64,000 nucleotides of DNA from Thermodesulfobacteriota bacterium (GTDB lineage: Bacteria; Desulfobacterota; Desulfarculia; JACQYL01): contig CAXXLZ010000002.1 of NCBI GenBank assembly GCA_963675595.2, forward strand, positions 448,001-512,000, given 5' to 3'. Below are positions 46,859-56,923 of this stretch, piece by piece. The translations under genes were made by a program, and so were the position numbers. The notes beneath the pieces were generated by a model. The model searched no databases and was not told where the DNA came from. It worked only from the letters and a program-made list of their open reading frames with translations. Each line of letters begins with the position of its first letter. The stretch's first letter is position 1.

Positions 46859-48862
46859 TTAGGATTGGTCCGTCACGTTCTCGGATTCGCGAAACCGGCG
46901 GTCCAAACGAGAAATTCGGTCCGGAGAGCCTAGAACATAGAGAAGGTCGCCGGATACCAGAGCGGTCTCCGCTCCGGGATTGGAGATGATCTCCGAGCCT
47001 CTGCGCACGGCCAACACGGTGACTTCGTGCTTTCTCCGAAGCTCCATCTCCCCCACGGTCCGCCCCTCGAATCTCGATTCGCCGGGCATGCGTAGGACGC
47101 CCACTTCCATATCCGGCAGGTCGACCTCCAACGGAAGCCGATCCGTCGTGTCCCCGGAGAGACTCCTCAACATTTCATAGCCTTCGGAACGGACCTCGCC
47201 TACCAGCTTCTCGATTTCGTCCCGAGGAACCAAATACCGAGACAACACCCTGGAAAAGATCTCCACTGAAGTTTCAAACTCCTCGGGAATGACCTCATCG
47301 GCCCCAAGCTTGCGGAGCGGCCCGATTTCTTCCAAGTAGCGGGTTCGCACAATCAGGTGGATTCTCGGATTGATCTGCTTGAAGGCATCGGTGATGCCTC
47401 GTGTGGCGGCGGGATCGTTGATGGCGACAACGGCAACGCGAGCCGCCTTCGCGCCGACGCAATCCAGAATGGCTTCCTGAGCCGCATCACCGTAGTGGAT
47501 CGGTTCTCCCTTTTCCTTTTGCCTGCGCACCGTTTCCGGGTTCATTTCCAGGATCACATAAGGGATACCGGCCAATTTGGCGGCCTTGGCCACGTTCCTA
47601 CCGTTGATTCCGAAACCTACGATGATCAGGTGATGCCTCATCCCCGAGTCCGCTTCTCCCGGAGGTGGAGCCCCGCCCTCCTTGAGCCGCGTGGGTAGAG
47701 GCAAACGCAGGCTGAAGTCCACGATTTTCGGCGACAAGGCGATGAACAAGGGAGCCGCGGCCATGCTGACGATGGAACAGGCCAGGAACATCTGCTGCTG
47801 CGCGGCGTCCAGAAGATGATGCTCCACGCCGGTATCGGCCAGGATAAAGGAAAACTCTCCGACCTGTCCAAGCGCCATGCCCGTCAGAATGGCCGTGCGC
47901 AACGGCATTCGCAAAATCAGGATGCCCCAGGACGCTCCCACCGCTTTGACGACCACGATTCCCAGCACGGCGGCGGGAACGACCAAGAAATGAGACACCA
48001 GGAAGCGCACGTCCAACAGCATCCCTATGGATACAAAGAAAAGGCTGGTGAACACATCCCGAAAGGGCAGTATGTTTCCTAAGGCTTGATGATTGTATTC
48101 GGACTCGGAGATGATCAGACCGGCAAGGAAGGCCCCCAAGGCCAGGGACAATCCCACGGCCTGGGTGAGCCAGGCCGCGGCCAGACAGATGACCACGATG
48201 GTCAGCAGGAACACTTCCCGGTTCCTCGTCTTCGCCACCTGATAAAGAATCAGAGGAACGACCCATTTGGTGGCCACAACGGCCGCCGCCACCAATCCCA
48301 CGCCTTTGGCGGCAATCAGCAGAAGGGAACCTTGGTCTCCGAATCCCCGCCCGGCGAGAACGGGCGTTACCAGCATCATGGGCACCACGATGATATCCTG
48401 GAAAATCAGAATTCCCAGCACCGCTCTTCCGTGGGGCGTGTCCACCTCCGCTCGTTCCTGAAGAATCTTCAGCACGATGGCGGTACTGCTGAGGGACACC
48501 AGGAATCCCCAGAACAACGCCTCCCTCGGTGAAAACCCCAAAAGATCGGCCACCCCGAAGACCGCCGCGATGGTCAGCATTACCTGGAGCGCGCCTCCCA
48601 CCAAAACCAGCTTCTTGATCTGGAGTAGATTCCTCAGGGAAAACTCCACCCCAATGGTGAAAAGAAGCAACACCACCCCGATCTCCGCCAACATCTCGAC
48701 TTCATGAACGGATCGAATCAGCGCCAAACCGTGGGGACCGGCGATGATCCCCGTAAACAGGAATCCCACGATCACCGGGACCTTGAATCGATGGGACAGA
48801 AAGATCACGGCGATGGACAAAGAAAACACCGTGACGATTTCAAACAGCAGCTTAATTTCCAT
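46859..48862 (-). CDS. CPA2/Kef-type cation:proton antiporter with TrkA-N and TrkA-C domains
   Basis: AEIGVVLLLFTIG, LSSTAIV, LIFQD, LGAFLAG, GEFSF; IVGFGING, YGDA; C-terminal RCK_C. Confidence 0.92.
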   Translation of the reverse strand: MEIKLLFEIVTVFSLSIAVIFLSHRFKVPVIVGFLFTGIIAGPHGLALIRSVHEVEMLAEIGVVLLLFTIGVEFSLRNLLQIKKLVLVGGALQVMLTIAAVFGVADLLGFSPREALFWGFLVSLSSTAIVLKILQERAEVDTPHGRAVLGILIFQDIIVVPMMLVTPVLAGRGFGDQGSLLLIAAKGVGLVAAAVVATKWVVPLILYQVAKTRNREVFLLTIVVICLAAAWLTQAVGLSLALGAFLAGLIISESEYNHQALGNILPFRDVFTSLFFVSIGMLLDVRFLVSHFLVVPAAVLGIVVVKAVGASWGILILRMPLRTAILTGMALGQVGEFSFILADTGVEHHLLDAAQQQMFLACSIVSMAAAPLFIALSPKIVDFSLRLPLPTRLKEGGAPPPGEADSGMRHHLIIVGFGINGRNVAKAAKLAGIPYVILEMNPETVRRQKEKGEPIHYGDAAQEAILDCVGAKAARVAVVAINDPAATRGITDAFKQINPRIHLIVRTRYLEEIGPLRKLGADEVIPEEFETSVEIFSRVLSRYLVPRDEIEKLVGEVRSEGYEMLRSLSGDTTDRLPLEVDLPDMEVGVLRMPGESRFEGRTVGEMELRRKHEVTVLAVRRGSEIISNPGAETALVSGDLLYVLGSPDRISRLDRRFRESENVTDQS

Positions 48863-49115
48863 GAAAAGCTTACCGATCTCCCGAGACACTCAGGACCGTT
48901 TGTTCAGGCGAGGGCCACAGTGCGGGCTTTTTATCACGCGCGAAAATGCCCCCGCCGAGTTCTCCGGCCTCTATAGCATGTACGCCTTCACAACAAAATG
49001 TTTGAAGACTCTCGAAGGAGGTTTTTTCGAGGAAGGGCGGGGAAAGACAGGTAGGAAGCCGACCGGAGAGGTGGAGGAAAGCCCGTGTGACACGGACTTC
49101 CCTCTCACGATCTTT

Positions 49116-49272
49116 TGACGGCCCGTTGAAAAAAACCGGTTGCAACAGGTTGGTGAAAAACGATGACATGCAAGGCGCGCAAATCCCGAGGAACGAGGCG
49201 TACACGGAAGTACGCAGCAGTCACGAGGGATGAAGCGCAACGCCGCAGGTCGCGTCTTTCAACGGCCTGTCA
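49116..49272 (-). repeat. MITE/REP-like element, copy 3
   Basis: Near-identical to copy 1 in reverse orientation; ends TGACGGCCCGTTGAAA and TTTCAACGGCCTGTCA. Confidence 0.88.
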
Positions 49273-50592
49273 AGTGTGTTCTTCTTTGGAAGTCTTCTTT
49301 CTTTGAATAACCGTGGTCGCTGCCGTGACGCCGGATTTCGCCGGCGACACGCTCGGGCCCGTCTTTGCCTGAAGCCTTGCCTGCAGAGCCGCTTCCCTGG
49401 CGGCTTGGATGTCGAGCACCACCATCAGACCGCTCTCGGCCCAAGATTGATAGTCCTTAAAGGCCGTAGCTTCCGTAAAGGCTTTTCGCGCCAGTTCCCA
49501 GTTCTTCAGTTCCGTCGCGGAGAATCCCACCAGGAGGTAGGCCTTTCCCTGGTTGGGGTCCAACTCCAGACTGTGTTGCAGGCTCTCGACGGCCTTCTCG
49601 TAGTCCCGGTTCAGGTAATGGTACTTACCTTCGATAAAATGTCGCTCCGCGTTGGGCTGCACCTCCACGGCCGTCCGAATATGGTGCATGGCCTCCTCAT
49701 ATCGGAACGCGCGGGCGAGCAGCGAGGCGATCTTTTCATGCTCTTCCGCGGAAACGGCTCCCCGATGAGCTTTATTGAGGCTTTCCACAGCCCGCAGCGG
49801 GGCGTTGAGATAGCGGTACAGATCGGACAAGTCCTTCCAGTTGGTGAGTTCGGGTGGATCAAGACGGTAAGCCACTTCGAGCGCCGCAGCCGCTTCCTCG
49901 TAACTCTGCCGCCGAATCTTGATCTGGGCCAGGAGCTTCCAATAATCCGCTCTATCACGCACGTGGGGCATGAACTGAGAAAGCGATCCGTCGGCCTTTT
50001 CCCAGTCCTCCATTTGAACGTAGGTGTGGACCAACAGTTTCAGCCATTCGGCCTTTGGAGTCTCCTTCGTTTCCATCAGCATTGCAAGGGTGCTTTCGAC
50101 TTGCGTAAAGGCACGCCCGCTATAGTACGCGGAAGCCGCCTTATACAGTAAATCGGGTTCCTGAGCTTCCCCGGTCCGTTTCTGCAGTTCGTAGGCTTTG
50201 AGAAACGAGTTTCCCGAGTCGACGAAATCTTCCACATAGTAGCTCGAAACCGCAAAATTCAGGTGCAGGGAGACGTTCTCCGGGTGAAATCGAAGCCCCT
50301 CGGCATAGACGTTTCCGGCGCTCCGGTAATCTTCCAGCTGGTACCAAGCGTTGCCGAGCAGAAGGAATACCTCCACCGGAGGCGCTTCAGGCTTCTTCAG
50401 CAGGTATTTCTCCAACACTTTTACGGTGTCGTCGTATCTACCTTCCACAAAGGCCAATTGCGCCTTGTACAAGGCTTTGTGGGCATCCCTCGGAAGCGGG
50501 GACGGCGACGACGCCCCGACCGGGAGGCACCACAAAAAAAGGAAAGTAACCAACATCATGATTCGCAGGAATCCGTTTGCTCCGGGTTTCAT
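49270..50592 (-). CDS. Periplasmic TPR protein (TtpD-like) of a TonB2-type cluster
   Basis: Signal peptide, multiple TPRs, downstream of tonB; start trimmed to ATG 50592. Confidence 0.82.
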   Translation of the reverse strand: MKPGANGFLRIMMLVTFLFLWCLPVGASSPSPLPRDAHKALYKAQLAFVEGRYDDTVKVLEKYLLKKPEAPPVEVFLLLGNAWYQLEDYRSAGNVYAEGLRFHPENVSLHLNFAVSSYYVEDFVDSGNSFLKAYELQKRTGEAQEPDLLYKAASAYYSGRAFTQVESTLAMLMETKETPKAEWLKLLVHTYVQMEDWEKADGSLSQFMPHVRDRADYWKLLAQIKIRRQSYEEAAAALEVAYRLDPPELTNWKDLSDLYRYLNAPLRAVESLNKAHRGAVSAEEHEKIASLLARAFRYEEAMHHIRTAVEVQPNAERHFIEGKYHYLNRDYEKAVESLQHSLELDPNQGKAYLLVGFSATELKNWELARKAFTEATAFKDYQSWAESGLMVVLDIQAAREAALQARLQAKTGPSVSPAKSGVTAATTVIQRKKTSKEEHT

Positions 50593-50787
50593 AGGCTTAT
50601 CCACCTTTCCCTCTTTCTCGCGCCGGATGGAGCGACTTCCGCCCCATGCACGCATCCGGCGTTTCATCGTTTGCGGAACGGCCCGATTCGGCCCCGATCT
50701 TCCAAGCATCGCAATAACGAAACGCCTTTTGGGGCCATTTATGGGAATGGACCACCGTTAAGGCGTTGAGTTGAGCGGTATCTGCAG

Positions 50788-51480
50788 TTACGGCTTGAAC
50801 TGAATGGGAATCACCACCCAAGTCGGTACGGGTTTGCCCTCGAAGATTCCGGGCTTGAAGCGCCATTTGGAGATCGCTTCGACGGCTCTCTGTTCGAAGA
50901 TGCCCTTCGGATCCGCACGCACAACGGAGATGTCCTCCACCTTGCCCACTTCATTCACGAGAAAGCGAAGCACAAGCATGCCTTCAATGCGTTTCTTCAA
51001 AGCGTCATGCGGATACACCGGAGGGATCTTTCTCAGGACCTGAGGCGGACGATCCACCTCGTCCATTTCAAAAGCGGTTCTCGCCGCCTGCAAAGCCCTC
51101 TGGGCCGCCGATTGCCCCGGCGCGCCCACCGCCATGCCCTGGTCGACATCCAGATCCAGGGGGATTTCGAATTCCGGCACTTCGAAATCCATGTTGATCT
51201 GCTCAGGCCGGGATTCCTTCTCAAAGAAAGCGGCTTTTTCCGGGAGCTGATCCTTCGGACGTTCCGGTTCCTTCTTTATTTCCTGCTCTCGCAGTATCTC
51301 TTTTGGGTCCGGCGGCTTATCGAAAGACACCACCATGGCCCATTCCACATCCTCCACTCGAGGCTTTTTCGTCTCGGAAAGCAGGGGAATGGAAAGGAAA
51401 AGAGAAATATTGATCAGCGCCGTGGCCAAGACAACGATAACACGATCCCGAAAGGGTGCTCTGATTTCCTGGATGCTCAT
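50788..51480 (-). CDS. tonB: Energy transducer TonB
   Basis: N-terminal TM, Pro/charged linker, PVYP..A...IEG.LVLRFLV...G.V...FEQRAVEAISKWRFKP. Confidence 0.92.
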   Translation of the reverse strand: MSIQEIRAPFRDRVIVVLATALINISLFLSIPLLSETKKPRVEDVEWAMVVSFDKPPDPKEILREQEIKKEPERPKDQLPEKAAFFEKESRPEQINMDFEVPEFEIPLDLDVDQGMAVGAPGQSAAQRALQAARTAFEMDEVDRPPQVLRKIPPVYPHDALKKRIEGMLVLRFLVNEVGKVEDISVVRADPKGIFEQRAVEAISKWRFKPGIFEGKPVPTWVVIPIQFKP

Positions 51481-51516
51481 CCGGCTTGTTTCTCAGTCGA
51501 TCGGTTCATATCCCCG

Positions 51517-51930
51517 TCACTCTTCTCTGCGCGCGGCAATGCTTAAATTCTGCACACCGGCCAAACGACAAGCATCCAACACTTGGATGAGAATGTCCGT
51601 GTAGCTCTTTCGGTCCGCGGCGATGACCACCGATCCTTTGGGCGTCTCAAGCAGATACTGCTCCATTCGAGATCGAACCGAGCGTACGTCGATGGGTTTG
51701 CCCTCGACGTACACCTCCCCCTTGGAGGTAATTCCCACGACCATGTTGGCTTGGTCTCGGGGTTTGGCGGAATCGGCCACAGGCCGGTCCACCTCGACGC
51801 CCGCCTCTCTGACGAAACTGGTGGTCACCATGAAGAAGATCAGGAGGATAAAGATCATGTCGATCAGCGGGGTCATGTTCAACTCGGCGGTTTTCGAACG
51901 CCTTTGCCGAACGTTGCGATAATAGCTCAT
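51517..51930 (-). CDS. exbD: ExbD/TolR biopolymer transport protein
   Basis: LNMTPLIDMIFILLIFFMVTTSF, IAADR, VLD.CRLAG. Confidence 0.94.
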   Translation of the reverse strand: MSYYRNVRQRRSKTAELNMTPLIDMIFILLIFFMVTTSFVREAGVEVDRPVADSAKPRDQANMVVGITSKGEVYVEGKPIDVRSVRSRMEQYLLETPKGSVVIAADRKSYTDILIQVLDACRLAGVQNLSIAARREE

Positions 51931-51948
51931 GATAAAGACTCCGTTGCC

Positions 51949-52557
51949 CTAGCCGATCTGCAACGTACGTTGAAGATTCAGGGTGAACCGCTCGACACGG
52001 CCTTTGGCGTTTTCGGCGCGGCGCCTGAGAAAATTGCCTATGAACAACCCCGGAACGGCCACGATGAGGCCGGTCTGGGTGGTGATCAGCGCTTCCGAAA
52101 TGCCGCCCGCCATCGCTCTGGCATTCCCCGTACCGAACTGGGAGATGACGTCGAACGTTTCGATCATACCGATGACGGTTCCCAGGAGCCCCAGAAGCGG
52201 GGACAGGAAGCTGAGCACCAGGATCGTGGAAACCGAGCGATCGAACCAGGCTTCCTGCTTTCGCACCACGGGCTCCAGCGTTTTCGGCTTGATCGGTCTT
52301 CCCGAACGACGCAGTTCCCAGAGGAGGCTCATGATCTCCTTTTGCCAGGGCGCCGCGGCGAAGTCCGGGTCTCCGAGATGCTCGATACATTCGGCGGAAG
52401 GCTTTTCCAGTTTGCGTGATCGTTGAAGCTCCAGCCATTTGCCGATAATCAGCCCCCACATCCAGAAGGAAATGAGGATAATGGGGATCAGCACGCCTCC
52501 GCCGCTTTGAAGGTAGTCCAGCGTATTGATGAAAAGGTCACGCAACACCGGGTTCAC
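51949..52557 (-). CDS. exbB: ExbB/TolQ proton channel
   Basis: PLLGLLGTVIGMIETF, MAGGISEALITTQTGL. Confidence 0.93.
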   Translation of the reverse strand: MNPVLRDLFINTLDYLQSGGGVLIPIILISFWMWGLIIGKWLELQRSRKLEKPSAECIEHLGDPDFAAAPWQKEIMSLLWELRRSGRPIKPKTLEPVVRKQEAWFDRSVSTILVLSFLSPLLGLLGTVIGMIETFDVISQFGTGNARAMAGGISEALITTQTGLIVAVPGLFIGNFLRRRAENAKGRVERFTLNLQRTLQIG

Positions 52558-53974
52558 AACCTCCTCTTATGGCTCCTTCCTTCAGTATCTCCAGGGAGAA
52601 GGCGGTGCCTTTTTCATCGATATCGGCCACGATTTTGTCCACCCGGCGTTCGAGAAAGTGGTGCATCAGTATGATGGGGATGGCAATGGCCAAACCGAGC
52701 TGGGTGGTGACCAGCGCCTCGGAAATGCCTCCGGACATCATTTTGGGATCGCCCGTGCCGAAGATGGTGATCACCTGAAAGGTGTTGATCATGCCGGTAA
52801 CCGTGCCCAGAAGCCCCAACAGCGGGGCAACGGCCCCCAACACGGCGAGGGTGGGAAGGAACCGCTCCAGCCGCGGCACGATGGCCGAGATCCCTTCCTG
52901 GATCGAATTCTCGACGACTTCCTGGGAAGAACCGATGTGATCCAGGGCCGCGGCGAACACCCGGCACGTCGGAAACCGTTTGTTGCCGGTGCAGTAATCT
53001 CTGATTTTGTCGTACTCGCCTTTCTGAATGAGCCCACGTACAAAGGTCATCACTCGATCGGAATTGGATCGGATGGACAGGAGATAGAACAAACGCTCAA
53101 GAGCCAGAATCAACGCCAAGGCGCCTACGGCAAAAATGGGCCACACCAGAATTCCGCCGGAACGGATCCAGTCACCCAGGCTTTTTTCTTTGGTGATCCG
53201 TTTGAAAACCGTGCCTCCTGAGATGTCCACCGGCAGATGATCGGTTTCGCCCGACAAGTAATCCTCCAACCTGCCGATAACGCTCCAGGAAGGATCTCCC
53301 GGAATCGCGGCCAAAGTCCCCTCTTCCTGAACGTCGAGATAGCCCGTCTTGCCATCCGGAAGCCGGTACACCGCACAAATGGACCCGATGCGCACCACCC
53401 GGGCCTCCTGCTCCCTGCCTTCCTTCGTCAGGATGGAACCTTCGCGGGACACGATGTCCCCCGAGTCCCGCATTTCGCCCAGCAGCACGCCGACCACGGC
53501 TTGGATTCCTTCAATGCCCGGAAATCGCTCTTTTGAGAGGAGCGGCACCAGGGCCTCAAGTCGTTCGGGATGCTCGGCAGTGGCGGGGCTTCGATCCAGC
53601 AGGGTCCTCGCTTTGGAGGCGGAAGTGAACACCGCGTCCTCGATTTTTCTGATCTCGTCTTGCTGCGCTTCCAGAGCATTCCGAAGCTCATCCTCCTGGA
53701 ACAGGAGTGACTGAAGACGCTTCTGCCTGCCGTCCAACACGGACTGGGCTGCGTTGAGCTTTTCCTTGAGAGCCTTCAACTCGGCGGAGAGCCGCTCCTG
53801 ATCCATTTCGACCAATGCCGCCGTTTCCCTGGCCTGGGCCTCGGCAACCTCCGCGTCCTCACTCACTTCAGCCGCCGCCCCCTCCCACGTCTGTTCCGAG
53901 GCGGCGTAACCCGACAAGCACCAAACGACCAGGGCCGGGATCACGGCAATCTGAATCCAAAATTTCCTCTTCAT
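52538..53974 (-). CDS. TtpC-like long MotA/TolQ/ExbB protein with a periplasmic coiled coil
   Basis: Signal peptide, coiled coil, VVRIG, PVDISGG, APLLGLLGTVTGMI, GISEALVTT. Confidence 0.9.
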   Translation of the reverse strand: MKRKFWIQIAVIPALVVWCLSGYAASEQTWEGAAAEVSEDAEVAEAQARETAALVEMDQERLSAELKALKEKLNAAQSVLDGRQKRLQSLLFQEDELRNALEAQQDEIRKIEDAVFTSASKARTLLDRSPATAEHPERLEALVPLLSKERFPGIEGIQAVVGVLLGEMRDSGDIVSREGSILTKEGREQEARVVRIGSICAVYRLPDGKTGYLDVQEEGTLAAIPGDPSWSVIGRLEDYLSGETDHLPVDISGGTVFKRITKEKSLGDWIRSGGILVWPIFAVGALALILALERLFYLLSIRSNSDRVMTFVRGLIQKGEYDKIRDYCTGNKRFPTCRVFAAALDHIGSSQEVVENSIQEGISAIVPRLERFLPTLAVLGAVAPLLGLLGTVTGMINTFQVITIFGTGDPKMMSGGISEALVTTQLGLAIAIPIILMHHFLERRVDKIVADIDEKGTAFSLEILKEGAIRGGCEPGVA

Positions 53975-54744
53975 CGAACCGGCCCTCCCACGGGAAGATC
54001 CACCAAATCCACCGCCTTCTTTTGTGCGGCCATGTTGATCGCGTCACGCACCGCGAGTGTGAAATCCTGCGAAAGCGGTTCCCAGGAGCCGGTCTCCTCG
54101 TTCCAACGCCCCAAATGTTTTCCATCACGGGAGCGGAAGAACATGGCCACTCGACCCACTCTTAAGATTTCGGCGCGAACCTTCTTGCCGTCGAAATCCA
54201 GAGTCTCCGTGGTCACGTCCACCGTCTGCCCGAACTTGGTTTCGACCTCCAGCGCTTCCAGCACCCGCTGCAGCTTGTCGCTCAAAGACAGATGGTAATT
54301 GTTCAAGGCATCCTTCATGAAACCGATGCGGCTTTCCCGTTCTTCCCGAAGGAAAGGGATGTCCTCCGAAACGAAGGTTCGAAGCTCCTCGACAACCCGG
54401 TCCAAATAAGGTTCCAGCGATCGCCTGATGTTGTCCATTTCCGCTTCTTTGCGACGAAGCTCCTTGAGCAGATCCTCTTCCTGGTCGATGTATGCGGCGT
54501 ATTTGTCGTTCTGATAATTGACCCACTCGAGGTTCGTGTCGATCTGCTGGATTTCCGCCAACAGGGCCTGTCGTTCTTCGCTCCAACGATCCGCCTTTTC
54601 CTGAACCTTGACCTGCTCCCGTATGGCGCCGGTCATCTTTTCGTGAACTTCCAAATCGCCTGCCGGGCCGTCGCAAACCGGACCCAGGGAAAACAGGCAG
54701 GCGGAAAACGTTATGATGAATGTCTTTCTCCAGATCATCGGCAA
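53971..54744 (-). CDS. DUF3450 (TtpB-like) protein
   Basis: Signal peptide, coiled coil, DIPFLREER..RI, RVLEALEVE..FG, LRVGRVAMF, LVDLP. Confidence 0.88.
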   Translation of the reverse strand: MPMIWRKTFIITFSACLFSLGPVCDGPAGDLEVHEKMTGAIREQVKVQEKADRWSEERQALLAEIQQIDTNLEWVNYQNDKYAAYIDQEEDLLKELRRKEAEMDNIRRSLEPYLDRVVEELRTFVSEDIPFLREERESRIGFMKDALNNYHLSLSDKLQRVLEALEVETKFGQTVDVTTETLDFDGKKVRAEILRVGRVAMFFRSRDGKHLGRWNEETGSWEPLSQDFTLAVRDAINMAAQKKAVDLVDLPVGGPVR

Positions 54745-54843
54745 TATCCTGTCCGAAGCCTTTTTGGCTCGGGAAATGGGTTGGGACGCCGCGGCCGCGA
54801 CGTCCCGACCGGACCGGACGAACCGGTTCCTTGGTGTTGATGC

Positions 54844-56496
54844 TTATTCCGTGCCCACGAACACGGGACCGGCGAGTTTCCATATCTTGTTGTTGGTAAG
54901 CCGGGCGTCGGATGTCATGTCGCCCGAGGCGATGGTGCAGGAACCGTCGCCGTTGTCCGTAACGGCCAGTCCGCCCATGGTGCTCGGGCAGGCGCTCGCG
55001 GTGTCGATCATATCGGGGCTCCAGATTCCCGCTTCGGCGCTGTTGCCTCCGTAGGGAATGGTCCAGCCGTCTTCCCAACCGCTTGCGGCGTTGGGATCAA
55101 AGGCGCCCACGAAATTCACGTTTTCGAAGAAGGCGTCCCCGATGATCGACGTGGAGGCGCCGGATTTCAGTGCTGCGGGAGAGGAGGCGGTCAGGTGCAG
55201 ATCCGTGCCCAACTGAGGATCCTGGGAAGCGATGTTGCTCTGGTTGTTGAACCAGTCGGAAACCAGGAACGGGTCCCCGTCTTCGTCCTCGAAGAGGGCT
55301 CCGCCCGCTTCGTACACCATGGAATTCACCATGGTGAGTTCCGTGGGAGAGGTGGCGTTGGGCGCGTTGGCAAAGGTCTCGTCGCTGTCGATATCGATCT
55401 GACCCTTTCCAAAACCGTCCACGATGAAGTTATAGAAATTACCTGCGGTTCCCCGGCGGAGCAGCATACCGAAACCGTTGCCCTCGTATCCTTTCAAAGT
55501 CATGTTGGCGATGACCGGGTGGGAGCGGGGCAGAGCGGTGTTGTCGGATTCCAGGTTGTCCGCTTCGATGCCCTGATCGCCGCTGAACTGATTCTTATGA
55601 ACGTGCACGAACTGAACCTTGCCGACCCAGCCGTCGGTCCAGTCAAGACTGTCGTCTTCGTTTTCGGTCAGGTAGACATGTTTGGCGTTCACCGTGCCGC
55701 CGAAAAACTCGACGCCGTCGTCTTTGTTCTTGTGTACCTGAATATAGTTCACGGTGGTGCCGGACCCCACGCCCTGGAAGGCGATCCCGTTCAACTCGGT
55801 TTCAGGGTCGAATGCGTAACCCGCGTGAGCCACCACCACGTACTGCAGGATGCCGCTACTGTCTTCGGGGTCCTCTCCGCCGTAGGTTCCGGTATCCGCT
55901 TCACCCAGGGCCGTAGCGCCACGGTTGATGGGAGCGTAACCGTTCAGGATCAAGCCGCCCCACTCTTCCGAGCCCGACTCCAGGGAACCGGTCATGAGGA
56001 TCGGATATTCCCGGGTACCCACCGCATAGAGACGCGCGCCCCGGCGAACGGCCAGAAAAGAGATGCCCTGTTCCTGAAGACCGACGACCTTGGTACCGGG
56101 TTCGATCACCAGGCTCACCGCACTGTCCGGAATCGAGGAGGCGGAAGCGCAATCGCCCATGAAGGCCCTCGTGAGAGCATAGGTTGTGGCTTGAGACTGG
56201 ATGTTCAAGATGCCGGTGGCGGAGGTGTCGTCGGCAAAGGCAATGGACAGGTAGGCGCGCATTCCGAACATGTCTGCGGCGAAAAAGCCGTCGCTGGTGT
56301 CCCCGTCGAGAAACACGTAGAACGTGGCGCCGTCCTGGGTCGCAATGGCGATGGCGGAGCCGGTGTCATAGGTTTGCACGTAGATGTTGATGCTTTGATC
56401 CGCCGGTTTCCAGATACCGGAAACGCCGGCGAAACCCACCCCGGATGCCAGTATCACGAGGGCGATTGCAAGAACGGCACTTATCGTCTTCTTCAT
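54844..56496 (-). CDS. Secreted acidic beta-helix-like protein partnering the TonB-dependent receptor, with an N-terminal GIWK/QTY module
   Basis: Signal peptide ending GFA; IEPGT, WGGLILNG.AP.N, YGG...DSSG.LQYV, ELNGI, GVGSGT, DDGVEFFGGTVN, DDSLDWTDGW, IEADN, VGAF, W..GWT. Confidence 0.88.
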   Translation of the reverse strand: MKKTISAVLAIALVILASGVGFAGVSGIWKPADQSINIYVQTYDTGSAIAIATQDGATFYVFLDGDTSDGFFAADMFGMRAYLSIAFADDTSATGILNIQSQATTYALTRAFMGDCASASSIPDSAVSLVIEPGTKVVGLQEQGISFLAVRRGARLYAVGTREYPILMTGSLESGSEEWGGLILNGYAPINRGATALGEADTGTYGGEDPEDSSGILQYVVVAHAGYAFDPETELNGIAFQGVGSGTTVNYIQVHKNKDDGVEFFGGTVNAKHVYLTENEDDSLDWTDGWVGKVQFVHVHKNQFSGDQGIEADNLESDNTALPRSHPVIANMTLKGYEGNGFGMLLRRGTAGNFYNFIVDGFGKGQIDIDSDETFANAPNATSPTELTMVNSMVYEAGGALFEDEDGDPFLVSDWFNNQSNIASQDPQLGTDLHLTASSPAALKSGASTSIIGDAFFENVNFVGAFDPNAASGWEDGWTIPYGGNSAEAGIWSPDMIDTASACPSTMGGLAVTDNGDGSCTIASGDMTSDARLTNNKIWKLAGPVFVGTE

Positions 56497-56923
56497 GTTG
56501 TCCCCTTTTGAGCCTTTTGGCCCCAACGAATGATGCGTTGGTTGCGCGCTTCGTTTACAGATTGTTCTCATCGGATTTCCGCAGACGGTTTCCCGTCGAC
56601 TTCAGGGTGCTCTTTCATGCTTTCCGAAAAAAGCCGCCCTTTCGGGTCCGCTTTCACTCACTCCAATACCGCCCGCGAATCAAGGAACTGCAAGCCTTTC
56701 GAACGGATTCCCTTATCACCTCCCGTCCATGCCACCCGAGGGCGGACCGTTGATCGGTTCAACCGGATATTGTTCGCTCCTCACAAAACTGAACGCTTTG
56801 AGCGAAACCGTTGCCGAACCCATTGACGTTTCCCGTTACGTCCCGATCGTCGTTGAGGTTTTTCCCTGCATGAAAGTCGGCCGGAAGCGCGGACGCCGAG
56901 TCTCCGGGAATCAAGCGTGAAGA

